DNA from: an uncultured Methanosarcinales archaeon
Lineage (GTDB): Archaea > Nanobdellota > Nanobdellia > Woesearchaeales > ARS49
Assembly: GCA_964354285.1 (NCBI GenBank)
Contig: CAYGYR010000003.1
Coordinates: 30,902-94,901, forward strand
DNA length: 64,000 bases
Direction of reading: 5' to 3'
The number at the start of each line of letters is the position of its first letter. Within the stretch, counting starts at the first letter, position 1. This document shows positions 1 through 9,553 of the stretch, piece by piece. Below the pieces are notes generated by a model. The model was not told the origin of the DNA, did no database searches, and was given only the letters and a program-made list of their open reading frames with translations. The position numbers were made by a program, and so were the translations under genes.

Positions 1-1575
1 TTGTTCCAATCATATCACTCTTGGCCAGCTTCTTAATCTCCTCCATGTACCAAGCATTGAATTCCTTGACTCTCTGGTCCCATGGCAGTTCTGGCTTGAA
101 GTGCTTGAGCCACATTCCCATGTGAGAAGTATCAAAGCACCCTTTGATGTGCATCTTTGCTTCTTGCTCTGCTTCTTTCTCGCTCATGCCTGGCTGGAAG
201 TATACGTTAGGCTCGCCATCTACTGTCTTAGAGGTGAGCATCTCTGCCATCTTCTCTCTTGCTTTTTTGATAATCTCTGTAAACTCAGCAGGATGCCCTC
301 CAAAGTAATCAGGCCATCCTATCTCTGGCCCCACGTGAACAGGCCTCTCTGCAAACTTGTTGTTATGTGTCTCGAGCATTGCCATTGCTCCTGCCTCTGC
401 ATAACCTTTGACTGACATGTCCTTGCCGAACTCGTTAAGTGAAGCCATGTGCTGGATATCTTCATCCATTTGTGCAACCCTGTTTCTAACACTTTCCACA
501 CCGCCAAGCTCTTCCCTGTATAGCTTTTTAAAGTGGTCGCGGTTACGTGTCACAAATTCTTTTCCTCTATCGTCTAATTTTCTTTCATTTCCTTGCCTGT
601 CTGTCATAACTTTTCCTTCTTCATCTAGAAATACACCCTTATCAAGCATTTCCTGGAAGTTCTTTGCTTTTTCTCTATAATTGCGCGCCGTGTTTTCGTG
701 ATATGTTGCGCTTGCTTCCAGTTCTCTTTTTTTGCCTTCATTCACTTCTGTCATAACAAATTGGACTGGATTTATTTTTTTCTTTTCAGCATGCTCAACA
801 AAATCCTGCCATTTCCAGGTCGGCAGCTTATCAATTTCTTTTATTATTCTGCCATCTTTTTCAAGGATAAACTTTCTTTTTTCCAGATCATACTCAAATC
901 TTTCCCCTGTTTCCTTGTCAATATTGATTGGTATTTTCTCTAGCATATCTATACGCCACTGGTCTATTGCTCCTGTCCTGTCATCCACGATAAAAACAGA
1001 TTTTTCTTTAGTATCTTCAAAAATTGGTTTGCCTGTTTTCGGGTCTTTGTTCCAGGAAGCGTCAAAAATAGCTCTTGGAAACTCAAAAGAAACCAAGTCA
1101 ACTCCTCCGCCCTGTGCAACATCTGCTGTGAATTTTATTGCATCCCTGATTTCATCGAGGTTATTTCTCCTCATTTCTTCACTTAGTGTTTTCCCGTCAA
1201 ATCCTGAAAGATTATTAATTGAATTAGTCGGCATCTCGACTCCTGTGAGTATTGCTTCGTTTGCCTTGAAAACCTCTCTCATCTGCTCCCTGACCTCTGG
1301 GCCGTATGCTTTTGGCCTTCCGCCCATTGGAGAATTTGCTGCTGTTGAAAGCACGAGCTGTATTCTCCCTGCACCTCTTCTTATGTTTGCCTGGACGTTT
1401 TGAATCATGTTCTTGAAGCGCCCGGTAGGGTCTGTCTCAGGCACAGTTGTTCCCAGCTCTATCATAGGGATTATAGGTTCCTCTATGCCTGCCTTGGCAG
1501 TTGGCTCCATTTCAACAGATTCATGATATTTTCTGTCCATTGGAGAATAGTATGCTGTGTTGAATTCTACCATAT
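1..1575 (-). CDS. Conserved hypothetical protein, 5'-complete but truncated at the window edge. An alternative start at 1644 is possible
   Basis: I translated the minus strand by hand and found an uninterrupted frame from the ATG at 1575 past position 1. The protein reads MVEFNTAYYSPMDRKY...MGGRPKAYGPEVREQMREVF...GWPDYFGGHPAEF...KMHIKGCFDTSHMGMW... with no stop. The ORF track misses it because it leaves the window. The plus-strand ORFs 101..1403 lie antisense to it. Confidence 0.7.
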
Positions 1576-1703
1576 TATCCAGTATACTTTTTTGTATATT
1601 TAAAGGTTTCTGAAGAATATCTTTTGCATAGCCCAGTGACATTTGTCACTTGGCCGTACAATGAAGAGTATCTTTAAATACTGCGGACAGGTACAAAGAA
1701 TAC

Positions 1704-1910
1704 ATGCAGAACATACAAGATACAGAAGAAGAAACAGATTTTGACATAGCAGTGAGGTTTGCAGCGCATATAGACAACCCTTGCGTAGAGCCTAGAACTG
1801 GCAATAATATTCGTGACTTTTATTTAAGAGAAGCAAAGGAACTTATCAAAACATTCAAAAATCAGTATGCGATAGACGTTCTTGAAGCCAAGATAAGAGA
1901 ATATTCTTAA
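1704..1910 (+). CDS. small hypothetical protein (68 aa)
   Basis: ORF in the gap between neighbouring genes with non-repetitive composition. I recognise no motif. Confidence 0.3.
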   Translation: MQNIQDTEEETDFDIAVRFAAHIDNPCVEPRTGNNIRDFYLREAKELIKTFKNQYAIDVLEAKIREYS

Positions 1911-2380
1911 TTCAATACTCCAACAACAACTCCTTTAATATTCTCAAACCTTACTTTCCATGGATCTACATAAACATTGTTGTACCCGCTTGTCTTTGCA
2001 TACCATCCTTGCTTGTCATATCCTGTCTCGATTATCATGTGCACGACAATTGTGCTGACAGATGGCTCGTAGAAAGAGATTATGTCTCCGGCTTTCAGAT
2101 TCTCTATAACTGGGAACGCTTCTATAGTATGGGAGTTCTTGCTCAGTATTGGCTCCATTGATTTTGTGTCTTCTACTTTTGCATACATCAAGCCCTCAGC
2201 AGCAATGACTAGCTTGTCTTTGTAGAGGTGTATCTGGTTGCCTGTTATTCTGTCTTGAGAAACAGCAATGCTATTTTCACCGCCGAAAGCTGTTCTTGTC
2301 TCTGTCTGGTGAAATGCAGCTGCAAATAAGACCCCGCAGCTAAACATTACTACAGCAAATACTATAACCAAGTATTTCAT
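1907..2380 (-). CDS. signal peptidase I, archaeal/eukaryotic Sec11 type (S26B)
   Basis: The N-terminal transmembrane segment is MKYLVIVFAVVMFSCGVLFAAA. It carries the catalytic-box motifs SMEPIL and GDIISF and a conserved H in VVHMIIE. I chose the start at the internal Met (2380) that precedes the TM helix. Confidence 0.75.
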   Translation of the reverse strand: MKYLVIVFAVVMFSCGVLFAAAFHQTETRTAFGGENSIAVSQDRITGNQIHLYKDKLVIAAEGLMYAKVEDTKSMEPILSKNSHTIEAFPVIENLKAGDIISFYEPSVSTIVVHMIIETGYDKQGWYAKTSGYNNVYVDPWKVRFENIKGVVVGVLN

Positions 2381-2545
2381 ACTCAACCCCCTGCTTATTT
2401 TTACGCCAGGTTTGGTTTTTAATCTTTTGTAACTACTCAAGAGTTCTAACAGTAGCCTAGTATACAAAACAATATATTTATATACTAATTATATTATAGC
2501 AACTGGTTAAATAGTCATAAAAGTAGTACGAGGAGGGAAAAGAGG

Positions 2546-4948
2546 ATGAGAAAGCTAATATTGATATTAGCAATGCTTTTAGTATTGCCAGGTGTTTTTG
2601 CATTTACAGCAGATTTGGAGCCAGTTGCTCTTTATGAGACAAACACAGCAAACATTAATTTGTCTGTGGACAATTTCTTAGGCAATGGCGTAATCAATGA
2701 TATTGTGCTGAACACAGGCCTCCTCACTGTTGATTCAGTACAGGCATTTATTGGATGGCAAAATAGTTTTACTGCAAATGAAGCGCACTGGTATGACGGC
2801 ACAGTCGAGACAAACATCGCAAAAGCCCTTTTCATATTCTCCTCAACACTTCCTAAAGTTGATTCTGACAGCGAGATCAGCCTGGCAGGAACAGTAACTT
2901 ATGCTGACTCAAGCACAGAGAGCTTCACAATCACATTTGAAATACTTAATGACGCAACCCCTCCTGAAGTCAATAATTACCTGCCGCAAGATTATGTGAT
3001 GGCAAACAAGGCAGACCAGCTGATAACAGTCAATGCATCTGATCCTGAAACAGGTGTTGATTCAGCAACTTATTCATTTAATGACTGCTCTGGAAACAGC
3101 ACAACAGTAGCACTAGCCTGCAATGCAGGTATCTGCACAGGAACAGCTGACTTCACTGGCTTTGATGAGGGAGAAACATCCTGCTTTGAAATTAGTGTCA
3201 AAAACAAGGCAAGGGAAACAAGGACAATCACTGGAACACTTGGCTTTGACGGAACACCTCCTGTCGTTACATTGGTCAGCCCAATCAATAATGATTATGC
3301 AGGGCAGGCAAGCATTTTCACATTCAGTGCATCTGACAACACAGCAGATAATCTTGAGTGCAGTGTCTTGGTAAACAATGATGTTGTTTATTCAGCAACT
3401 GTTGCAAACAATTCTGAGGCACAATTCATGCCAGTTTTGGCAGGCCTTGCAGAAGGTGTGCAGGAGTGGAAAGTCAGGTGCGATGATGAGGTCGGCCTTT
3501 CAACAATCAATACAGACCACTTCACGTATGATAACACCCCGCCTGTAATAACACTTAACTCGCCAAGCAATGGCTCAACAATTGGAAACAGGATGATTGA
3601 TGTTTCTGCCACAGATAATGGTGCTGTTGATGCTATCAATTACAGCAAATCACTTGACACATCTGTCTGGCCAGATGGAACTAACAATTTAATCGTCACT
3701 ACAACAGATAAAGCAGGAAACACGGCAAGCGCAGAATTCACATTCTATGTTGACAGGACAGCTCCCACAATAGCGCTGATAAGCCCTGTAAATGGAAGCA
3801 CATTTGATTACAATGCAGTATTCACTGTAAGAGTAGAGGATAACTATGATACAGAGCTTGAGTGCTCTCTTGAGACAAATGTTGGTGCATCTGCCGCAAG
3901 CAATGTTGCTGCAGGAATAGAATCAAGCATATCTCTTCTGCTGCCTCTTGGAGACTTTGCATGGCATTTAACCTGCATAGATGATGCAGGAAACAGCGCA
4001 GAGAGCGAGACATATTACGGAACAGCAGTTGACATGTCAGGGCCAATTATTGGCATCACAGATGTTAGGTATGTTGTGCGCGGGCATGATTTGAATGTTG
4101 ATTCAACAATCACAGACATAAGCGGTGTAGATATTGCAACTGCAACTTTCAGCGGCAATACAATCGCGTTGAGCAAGTCAGGAGATGATTATGCAGGAAC
4201 ATTCACAGTTGATGCAAATACTGCTCTTGGCAATTACACATTCACTGTTGATGCAAATGACACGAGTGGATACACGAGCACTGCAAGCGACACGTTTGAG
4301 GTCATAGAAGGGTATGTAATCACGATAAACATGCCAAGCAGCGTAACTCCAGGAGCAACTGTCTCATTAACTGGCTCTGTTGTCCAGGATGACGGCTCAA
4401 TACCTTCTGGAACAGTAATAGTAGAGTATGCTGGCGGCAATGCAAGTATAACCCTTGACTCAGGAAACTTTGGGTATAGCTTTACAGCACCAAGCACAGA
4501 TGGGAATTACACAGTAAAAGTCAAGTATGAGACAAGCAGGTTCATTTATACACGCGAAAAACAATACACTGTTTCAACAGCAAGCAGCAGTGGCAGCAGA
4601 GGCGGAGGCCATGAAGGCGTCGCATTCACTGCAGAGGGCGCAGGCACTACCCCGACTGTGCAGGAATCATCAAACAGCGAGCTGCAGACAAATGATGAAG
4701 CATCTGCATCTGAGCTTGTGACACAAGACGAGGAAACACCAACTCAGGTGTATGAAAATGAGGTTCCACCTGCTGCACCAAGGTCACCTATCGCAGGACA
4801 GGCAACAAGCTTGCTGAATGCGCTTGGAAAAAACATTAAGTGGCTGGCGTTGCTGATCACATTGATGGCTGTTGGCACTGCATTTTATCTTGCGTACAGG
4901 GGCAAGAAACCAGGAAGCAAGATTGACTGGAACAATTATTTTGACTAA
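2546..4948 (+). CDS. Large secreted cell-surface protein with tandem Ig/cadherin-like repeats and a C-terminal TM anchor
   Basis: It has a signal peptide (MRKLILILAMLLVLPGVFA). Repeat boundaries of about 85-100 aa are marked by recurring (T)PP(V/I)xTLxSP motifs: GTPPVVTLVSP, NTPPVITLNSP, RTAPTIALISP. There is a Ser/Thr/Gly/Glu-rich linker, then a C-terminal hydrophobic anchor LALLITLMAVGTAFYLAYRGKK. Confidence 0.8.
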   Translation: MRKLILILAMLLVLPGVFAFTADLEPVALYETNTANINLSVDNFLGNGVINDIVLNTGLLTVDSVQAFIGWQNSFTANEAHWYDGTVETNIAKALFIFSSTLPKVDSDSEISLAGTVTYADSSTESFTITFEILNDATPPEVNNYLPQDYVMANKADQLITVNASDPETGVDSATYSFNDCSGNSTTVALACNAGICTGTADFTGFDEGETSCFEISVKNKARETRTITGTLGFDGTPPVVTLVSPINNDYAGQASIFTFSASDNTADNLECSVLVNNDVVYSATVANNSEAQFMPVLAGLAEGVQEWKVRCDDEVGLSTINTDHFTYDNTPPVITLNSPSNGSTIGNRMIDVSATDNGAVDAINYSKSLDTSVWPDGTNNLIVTTTDKAGNTASAEFTFYVDRTAPTIALISPVNGSTFDYNAVFTVRVEDNYDTELECSLETNVGASAASNVAAGIESSISLLLPLGDFAWHLTCIDDAGNSAESETYYGTAVDMSGPIIGITDVRYVVRGHDLNVDSTITDISGVDIATATFSGNTIALSKSGDDYAGTFTVDANTALGNYTFTVDANDTSGYTSTASDTFEVIEGYVITINMPSSVTPGATVSLTGSVVQDDGSIPSGTVIVEYAGGNASITLDSGNFGYSFTAPSTDGNYTVKVKYETSRFIYTREKQYTVSTASSSGSRGGGHEGVAFTAEGAGTTPTVQESSNSELQTNDEASASELVTQDEETPTQVYENEVPPAAPRSPIAGQATSLLNALGKNIKWLALLITLMAVGTAFYLAYRGKKPGSKIDWNNYFD

Positions 4949-4950
4949 AA

Positions 4951-5778
4951 ATGGTGCTCGAGCAGTTCCTTGAAAGCCCTTATGTAAAAAGGCATGCGTT
5001 TTTTGTTCTTTTTTTAAGCATGATTTATGTTTTTATAGCATATGGGGCTGCTTACCTGTTTTTTGAGGAGTCCATGTCTCTTGCCGCAGTGTTTACCCTT
5101 ACAATACTTCTCATCCCGTCACTGCAGCATATCATCAGTCTAGAAGAGCAGATTGAGAGAAAGAATGGCCTGAGGCATTTTTTCAGGAACCATGCAACAA
5201 TCTTCAAGGTTTATTTTGCTGCATTCTTGGGAATACTGATTGGTTTTGTGATGATTGGCGCCTTGTTTGACTCAGCTGACATCTATGCTTACCAGATTGA
5301 CTTCCTGACAGGGCAAAGCAGCATCGGCGCAGGAGCTATCGCTAAGTTCGCTTCTGATAGTTATGTTCCTTCTTTTAGAGATGTAATCGGGTTATTCAGC
5401 CAGAATCTCAGTGTCATGCTTATTGCATTTGCGCTGTCCATATTCTATGGTGCAGGCGCGGTGTTTCTTGTTGTCTTTAATGCTTCGCTGTTTTCTGCAT
5501 TCTTGTTAAGCTTTATGAATTCAACATCAAAAGCAGTTGCATCTGTGAGTTTTATTCATTTTATTCCTGAGATATCTGGATTTCTTCTTGCAGCTATTGC
5601 AGGCGCAATTCTGTCTGCTGCAATAATTAATGAGTCTTTTTCTAGCCCTTATTTCAAGAATGTAATGAAAAACACGTGCATCATGCTTGTTTTTTCAATT
5701 GCCCTGGTTTTTATTGGTGTTCTATTAGAAATATATGTCAGCGGAAGCCTTATTCATTCTCTCCTTTCAGGTATTTGA
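4951..5778 (+). CDS. Polytopic membrane protein, possibly of the SpoIIM/DUF95 family
   Basis: 275 aa with about 6 predicted TM helices. It starts 3 nt after the upstream stop. The family assignment is tentative. Confidence 0.55.
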   Translation: MVLEQFLESPYVKRHAFFVLFLSMIYVFIAYGAAYLFFEESMSLAAVFTLTILLIPSLQHIISLEEQIERKNGLRHFFRNHATIFKVYFAAFLGILIGFVMIGALFDSADIYAYQIDFLTGQSSIGAGAIAKFASDSYVPSFRDVIGLFSQNLSVMLIAFALSIFYGAGAVFLVVFNASLFSAFLLSFMNSTSKAVASVSFIHFIPEISGFLLAAIAGAILSAAIINESFSSPYFKNVMKNTCIMLVFSIALVFIGVLLEIYVSGSLIHSLLSGI

Positions 5779-6346
5779 TGAGTTTTTCTGATGTACTCAT
5801 CAGCATCTCTGCTTTTCTGGACGGGTTGTATATGCCTCCTTCCTCTGCCTCTTTCTTGAAATCTATTGCCCGCTCTGCTGCTGTGAGGAAGTTCTGCTGG
5901 TAGAAGGTTTCTATTCCTGTCTTTTTCTGCTCTTCGCTTATGTCTTTCAGCCTGCCGTATATCTGCTCTGCAGACATCCTCTCTGCCATGAATCTCGCGT
6001 ATGATTCCTGCTCTGCAGTTATTCTTCTTGGCTCTTCTCCTGCTATCTTCTCAAGCTCTTTTACCTTCAGAGTTTCTTCTTTCTTTTCTTCCTCCTTTTC
6101 TCTTGCAAATAGCTTTTCAACATCTACTGGCTTTATCTTTGGAGTCTCAATATCTTCAAGAACACTTAATTCATGTTTTGCCTCTTCAAGAAGATGGCTT
6201 GCTTCCTCTATCTCTTTCTGGCTCTGCGCTATTGCTTTCTGCCTGTGCTGTATCAGTTTGTTTATTTCGTCCTCTAATTTCTGCAGGGCCTTTATCCTCA
6301 TCTCAGGAGGAAGCTTCTTTAGTTGCGAGAAATCAATTGCTGGCAT
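5750..6346 (-). CDS. coiled-coil hypothetical protein
   Basis: 198 aa, rich in Glu and Lys with heptad-like composition (LEDEINKLIQHRQKAIAQSQKEIEE...). No catalytic motif. Confidence 0.5.
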   Translation of the reverse strand: MPAIDFSQLKKLPPEMRIKALQKLEDEINKLIQHRQKAIAQSQKEIEEASHLLEEAKHELSVLEDIETPKIKPVDVEKLFAREKEEEKKEETLKVKELEKIAGEEPRRITAEQESYARFMAERMSAEQIYGRLKDISEEQKKTGIETFYQQNFLTAAERAIDFKKEAEEGGIYNPSRKAEMLMSTSEKLIKYLKGENE

Positions 6347-6396
6347 GAAAAACTAATTTGTAAATGAGTATTTAAATGTTATCACAAAATCACGAT

Positions 6397-7572
6397 TTAG
6401 AACCTTCTGTAATACATCTCTTTTGCAAAGTCTCTTATCTGCTCTTTTGATAGCTTATGCAGCAGCCGATATGCTGGCTTGCCGCTGTCGAATCCAGGCA
6501 GGTTTCTTTCTTTTGCCATATCACTGAATGAATCTGCGATTCTAAGGATGGCTTGTCCCTGCTGGCTGTCTGCATTTGTATTGGTTGCGCAGTATATTGT
6601 GTAATAAGGAACCAGGCCATTCATCAACTCATTCAATAATGCCATAGTCTCGCTTGGCACCATCCTTTCCATGAAATTCTCTCTTGCTGTTTTTCCTTTT
6701 GCGTCTGGCAGGATTTTGTTTTTGCGGATATAATTGTGTGCTGATTCATGCAGCTTGATTGTGCGGACAGCATCAGCCAGGTGTTTTGCAATAAATTCTT
6801 CCTGCGTCATTTTTGTGCTGCCAAACTCTTTTATCAGGTAATCAGAGCATTTGTCCTTGCTTTCTCCACTTAATGCAGAGCTCCAATTATCATAGGCAAA
6901 ATTCAGCATTATCCTGATATAGCTGCCGAAGAGCAAAACATCTTTGTCTCTTGCCATCCCTAGTGTCCATATTTTCTGGCCTACTTTCTCATCAGCGTAT
7001 ATAGAAAGCATCTTAAGGATTGGCTCAGACAGTAAAAGGAATTCCAATGAATCTTTTTGATCGAAAATAGGTATTGTTTCTGTTTCTTTTTTAGCTATTT
7101 TTGACAGCATCATGCTTCCGTAAATCTTGTTTATCTCTGGAATGCTTTCTTTATTTATTCCTAAAAAATATCCTCTGTCTGACAGGGCTGACTGCAGTTT
7201 CTCTATCGCATTCGAATTATTTACTGTTGAGATGTCTGTGGCGCAAACAAAGTGAACCTCTTCTCCAAATATGTTCAGCACTTTATTTATGGCTTCATCT
7301 GCTTCTTTTTCATCTGGCTTGCGTGCGATAAGGAAGTCATAATAGCACTCTGCATTGTGTTTGAAATTATTGATTACTGTCTCGAGCTTTGCATCCTCTG
7401 GATTCTTAGGCGCCTGTATCTGCACAGGGGTAAGCTCTTTGCTGTCATCGCGCGCAACATAATACATTACGCCAATGCCTGCAATGGCTGCAGCGCATGC
7501 TGCTAGAATAGGAAATTTTCTTCTCTTTACGTGCTTTGCTCCGTTTCCATTCTTTTTCTTTCCATTCTTCAT
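6397..7572 (-). CDS. membrane-anchored hypothetical protein
   Basis: Long ORF. I chose the Met before a basic N-terminus and TM segment (MKNGKKKNGNGAKHVKRRKFPILAACAAAIAGIGVMYYV). The remainder is soluble and I do not recognise it. Confidence 0.55.
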   Translation of the reverse strand: MKNGKKKNGNGAKHVKRRKFPILAACAAAIAGIGVMYYVARDDSKELTPVQIQAPKNPEDAKLETVINNFKHNAECYYDFLIARKPDEKEADEAINKVLNIFGEEVHFVCATDISTVNNSNAIEKLQSALSDRGYFLGINKESIPEINKIYGSMMLSKIAKKETETIPIFDQKDSLEFLLLSEPILKMLSIYADEKVGQKIWTLGMARDKDVLLFGSYIRIMLNFAYDNWSSALSGESKDKCSDYLIKEFGSTKMTQEEFIAKHLADAVRTIKLHESAHNYIRKNKILPDAKGKTARENFMERMVPSETMALLNELMNGLVPYYTIYCATNTNADSQQGQAILRIADSFSDMAKERNLPGFDSGKPAYRLLHKLSKEQIRDFAKEMYYRRF

Positions 7573-7626
7573 AGAAATACATAAAGGATAGATGTTTAAA
7601 AAGATGAGGAATAACACAGACTCACT

Positions 7627-7703
7627 GAGCGATATTATAAGCTCACCTAATCTCCGCTCTGAAGAGCGGAGTATTAAGGCTCGCTATTATAGTCAGCGAG
7701 TCT
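7627..7703. other. cluster of three short hairpins (AUUAUA-type loops) in intergenic DNA
   Basis: The hairpins are gagcGATATTATAAgctc, ctccgctcTGAAgagcggag and ggctcgctATTATAGTCagcgagtc. Two of them have similar loops. Confidence 0.4.
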
Positions 7704-7784
7704 GTGGGATAACAAATTCGAACAGCATCCAAGCTCTGTATCCACAACCCTGAAAGGTGTGGTTTTAGGGCTCGAATTTGTTAT
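7694..7784. ncRNA. repeat / candidate structured RNA element, copy 1 (a paralogue lies at 55942..56008)
   Basis: It shares the 5' box CAGCGAGTCTG(T/C)GGGAT and an internal GGTTTTAG box with copy 2. The long closing stem is different in sequence but still complementary: aacaaattcga/tcgaatttgtt here, aaagaattgcgc/gcgcaattcttt in copy 2. Confidence 0.4.
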
Positions 7785-7791
7785 AAACTCT

Positions 7792-8274
7792 TTATATCTC
7801 AGACAGCACAATCATTGTTCTTGTTTTGTCTACACCCTCGACTTTTCTCAGCTTTCGGATTATAAAGTCGTTGAGTTCTGCAATATCTTTCACTCTTATT
7901 TTGACAAGAAGGTCTGTCTCTCCTGTCATTATCTCTACTGACTCTACTCCTGCAAGGCCTTTGATGTGTTTCGCGGCATCTTCCTGACTGACTTTTATTC
8001 CGCTGGGAAGCATATAAACTACAGAAACCATGACATATGATGCTATTGCCTTTCCCAGCTTTGCATGATCAACCTCTACTGTGTATTTCTTGATTATGCC
8101 AAGCTTTTCAAGCTTCTTTATCCTGTTGTGCACTGTTGTTATTGGGATGTTTATTCGTTTTGATATCTGGCTTGTTGTTCGTTTGGCATTCTCTCTTATC
8201 TCTGCCAGCACTTGAAGGTCTTTTTCATCTAGTTTTTCATCAAATTCTTCATATGATTTTTCAGTTTTCTCCAT
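7792..8274 (-). CDS. Lrp/AsnC family transcriptional regulator
   Basis: 160 aa. It has an HTH (LDEKDLQVLAEIRENAKRTTSQISKRINIPITTVHNRIKKLEKLGII) plus a C-terminal RAM domain. Confidence 0.85.
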   Translation of the reverse strand: MEKTEKSYEEFDEKLDEKDLQVLAEIRENAKRTTSQISKRINIPITTVHNRIKKLEKLGIIKKYTVEVDHAKLGKAIASYVMVSVVYMLPSGIKVSQEDAAKHIKGLAGVESVEIMTGETDLLVKIRVKDIAELNDFIIRKLRKVEGVDKTRTMIVLSEI

Positions 8275-8492
8275 AATTTGGAATAATATTCAGCTATTAT
8301 TTAAATATTTCTATTATTTTCCACTTATTTTAAGTTGTTTAAATTTTATACACTACTGGAATATTTTTCCATTTTATAACATATTAATGGCTATTCTTTG
8401 CGCATATTTCCATTTTTTTGGAGATATTTTATTATAGAACACCCGCTTACATATTCATCAATAGTAACTACAAAAACAGGGAGGTAACTAAA

Positions 8493-9164
8493 ATGAAGAT
8501 AAAAGTTCAGAAAATCAGAGAGATTGAAGTGACTTGCAAAAAAGAAGAAGATCTTGAGACCCTTGCAGAAGAAACTGCAAAAGCCCAGAGTGCCTTATCA
8601 AAGGTAGAGGCAGAGCTTGAGGCATTAGGCAGTTATGAGTCCCTGCAAGAGTGTGCAAGAAAAGTCTTGCAATGCTCTGAGATTTCTCTCGGCCAGAAGT
8701 ATTTAGCAGAGCTATATGAACTTCGGGTAGGCCAGCTATATCAAGAGAAGGTAGAGAAAAAGACCTCGCCAGGTGAAATAATAAGAACTCCAATTATGAT
8801 AAGAAGACAGTTCGGCCCGAGGCCTACAGAAGGGCCAACAGAAGCCATTTTGAGAGAGCAGGCTGCTGATATAGTTGAAGAAATCAAGTATCTTGTTCCC
8901 ATAGAAGGAACTGGAATGCCTCTTGCAGCAGAAGAGACAAGACAGAAGGCAATTGCTTTGGAAGGCAGGCTGCAAAAGCTTAAAGGGAAAAGTGCCCGCC
9001 TGACTTTTGAAGATGCTCTTGGCAAAAAAGAAGCAGTTCAGGAGATTGGAAGAGAAGTTGCTGAGTTCCTCAGGCAACACATGCTTGAGCTGCAGGAAAT
9101 CGAGCGTCAGGCAAGGAGCGGTTCTCTATACGAGCTTCAGGAAGGCAAAGTAATAAAGGAATGA
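8493..9164 (+). CDS. coiled-coil hypothetical protein
   Basis: The Met at 8493 is preceded by GGGAGGT at the right spacing for an RBS. The protein is rich in Glu, Lys and Leu with coiled-coil character. Confidence 0.5.
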   Translation: MKIKVQKIREIEVTCKKEEDLETLAEETAKAQSALSKVEAELEALGSYESLQECARKVLQCSEISLGQKYLAELYELRVGQLYQEKVEKKTSPGEIIRTPIMIRRQFGPRPTEGPTEAILREQAADIVEEIKYLVPIEGTGMPLAAEETRQKAIALEGRLQKLKGKSARLTFEDALGKKEAVQEIGREVAEFLRQHMLELQEIERQARSGSLYELQEGKVIKE

Positions 9165-9189
9165 GTTTTTATTTTCTTTATTTTAAGAA

Positions 9190-9501
9190 TCAATCTTTAG
9201 AATAAATCCTGGTCTCTTGCGGAACTAAGGTTTGTAGTTTTTTAAGCGTACTCGGTGATAAATTTGTCACAGTCACGGGCATAGTCCCATTTGTCTGCTT
9301 TTCATACGCTGCTGCGAGCATGTGCAAGAGACAATCTTTATGCACATATTCAACTCCTGCGAAATCTACAATTACAGGAGATCTTATTGCAACAATATCT
9401 GCTATTTCTTTGCCTATGTCTACAGCATCACTTCTATGTAATTCTGTAAGAATTATTTTTGCTCTATACGTTCCATTATTTGATACTTCAAAGTATTTCA
9501 T
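9190..9501 (-). CDS. STAS-domain protein (anti-sigma-factor antagonist, SpoIIAA-like)
   Basis: 103 aa with the STAS-fold pattern (VAIRSPVIVDFAGVEYVHKDCLLHML...TNLSPSTLKKL). Confidence 0.6.
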   Translation of the reverse strand: MKYFEVSNNGTYRAKIILTELHRSDAVDIGKEIADIVAIRSPVIVDFAGVEYVHKDCLLHMLAAAYEKQTNGTMPVTVTNLSPSTLKKLQTLVPQETRIYSKD

Positions 9502-9553
9502 AGGGTATATAATGGGGTTTGAAGTATTTAAAACTATTGAAATATTTATTGAT

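Noticed and set aside
101-1403. Plus-strand ORFs 101..415, 408..680, 698..943 and 732..1403
   Set aside because: They are low-complexity, Ser/Phe/Leu-rich translations lying antisense to a clean, stop-free minus-strand gene (1..1575). The ORF track does not list that gene because it runs off the window edge.
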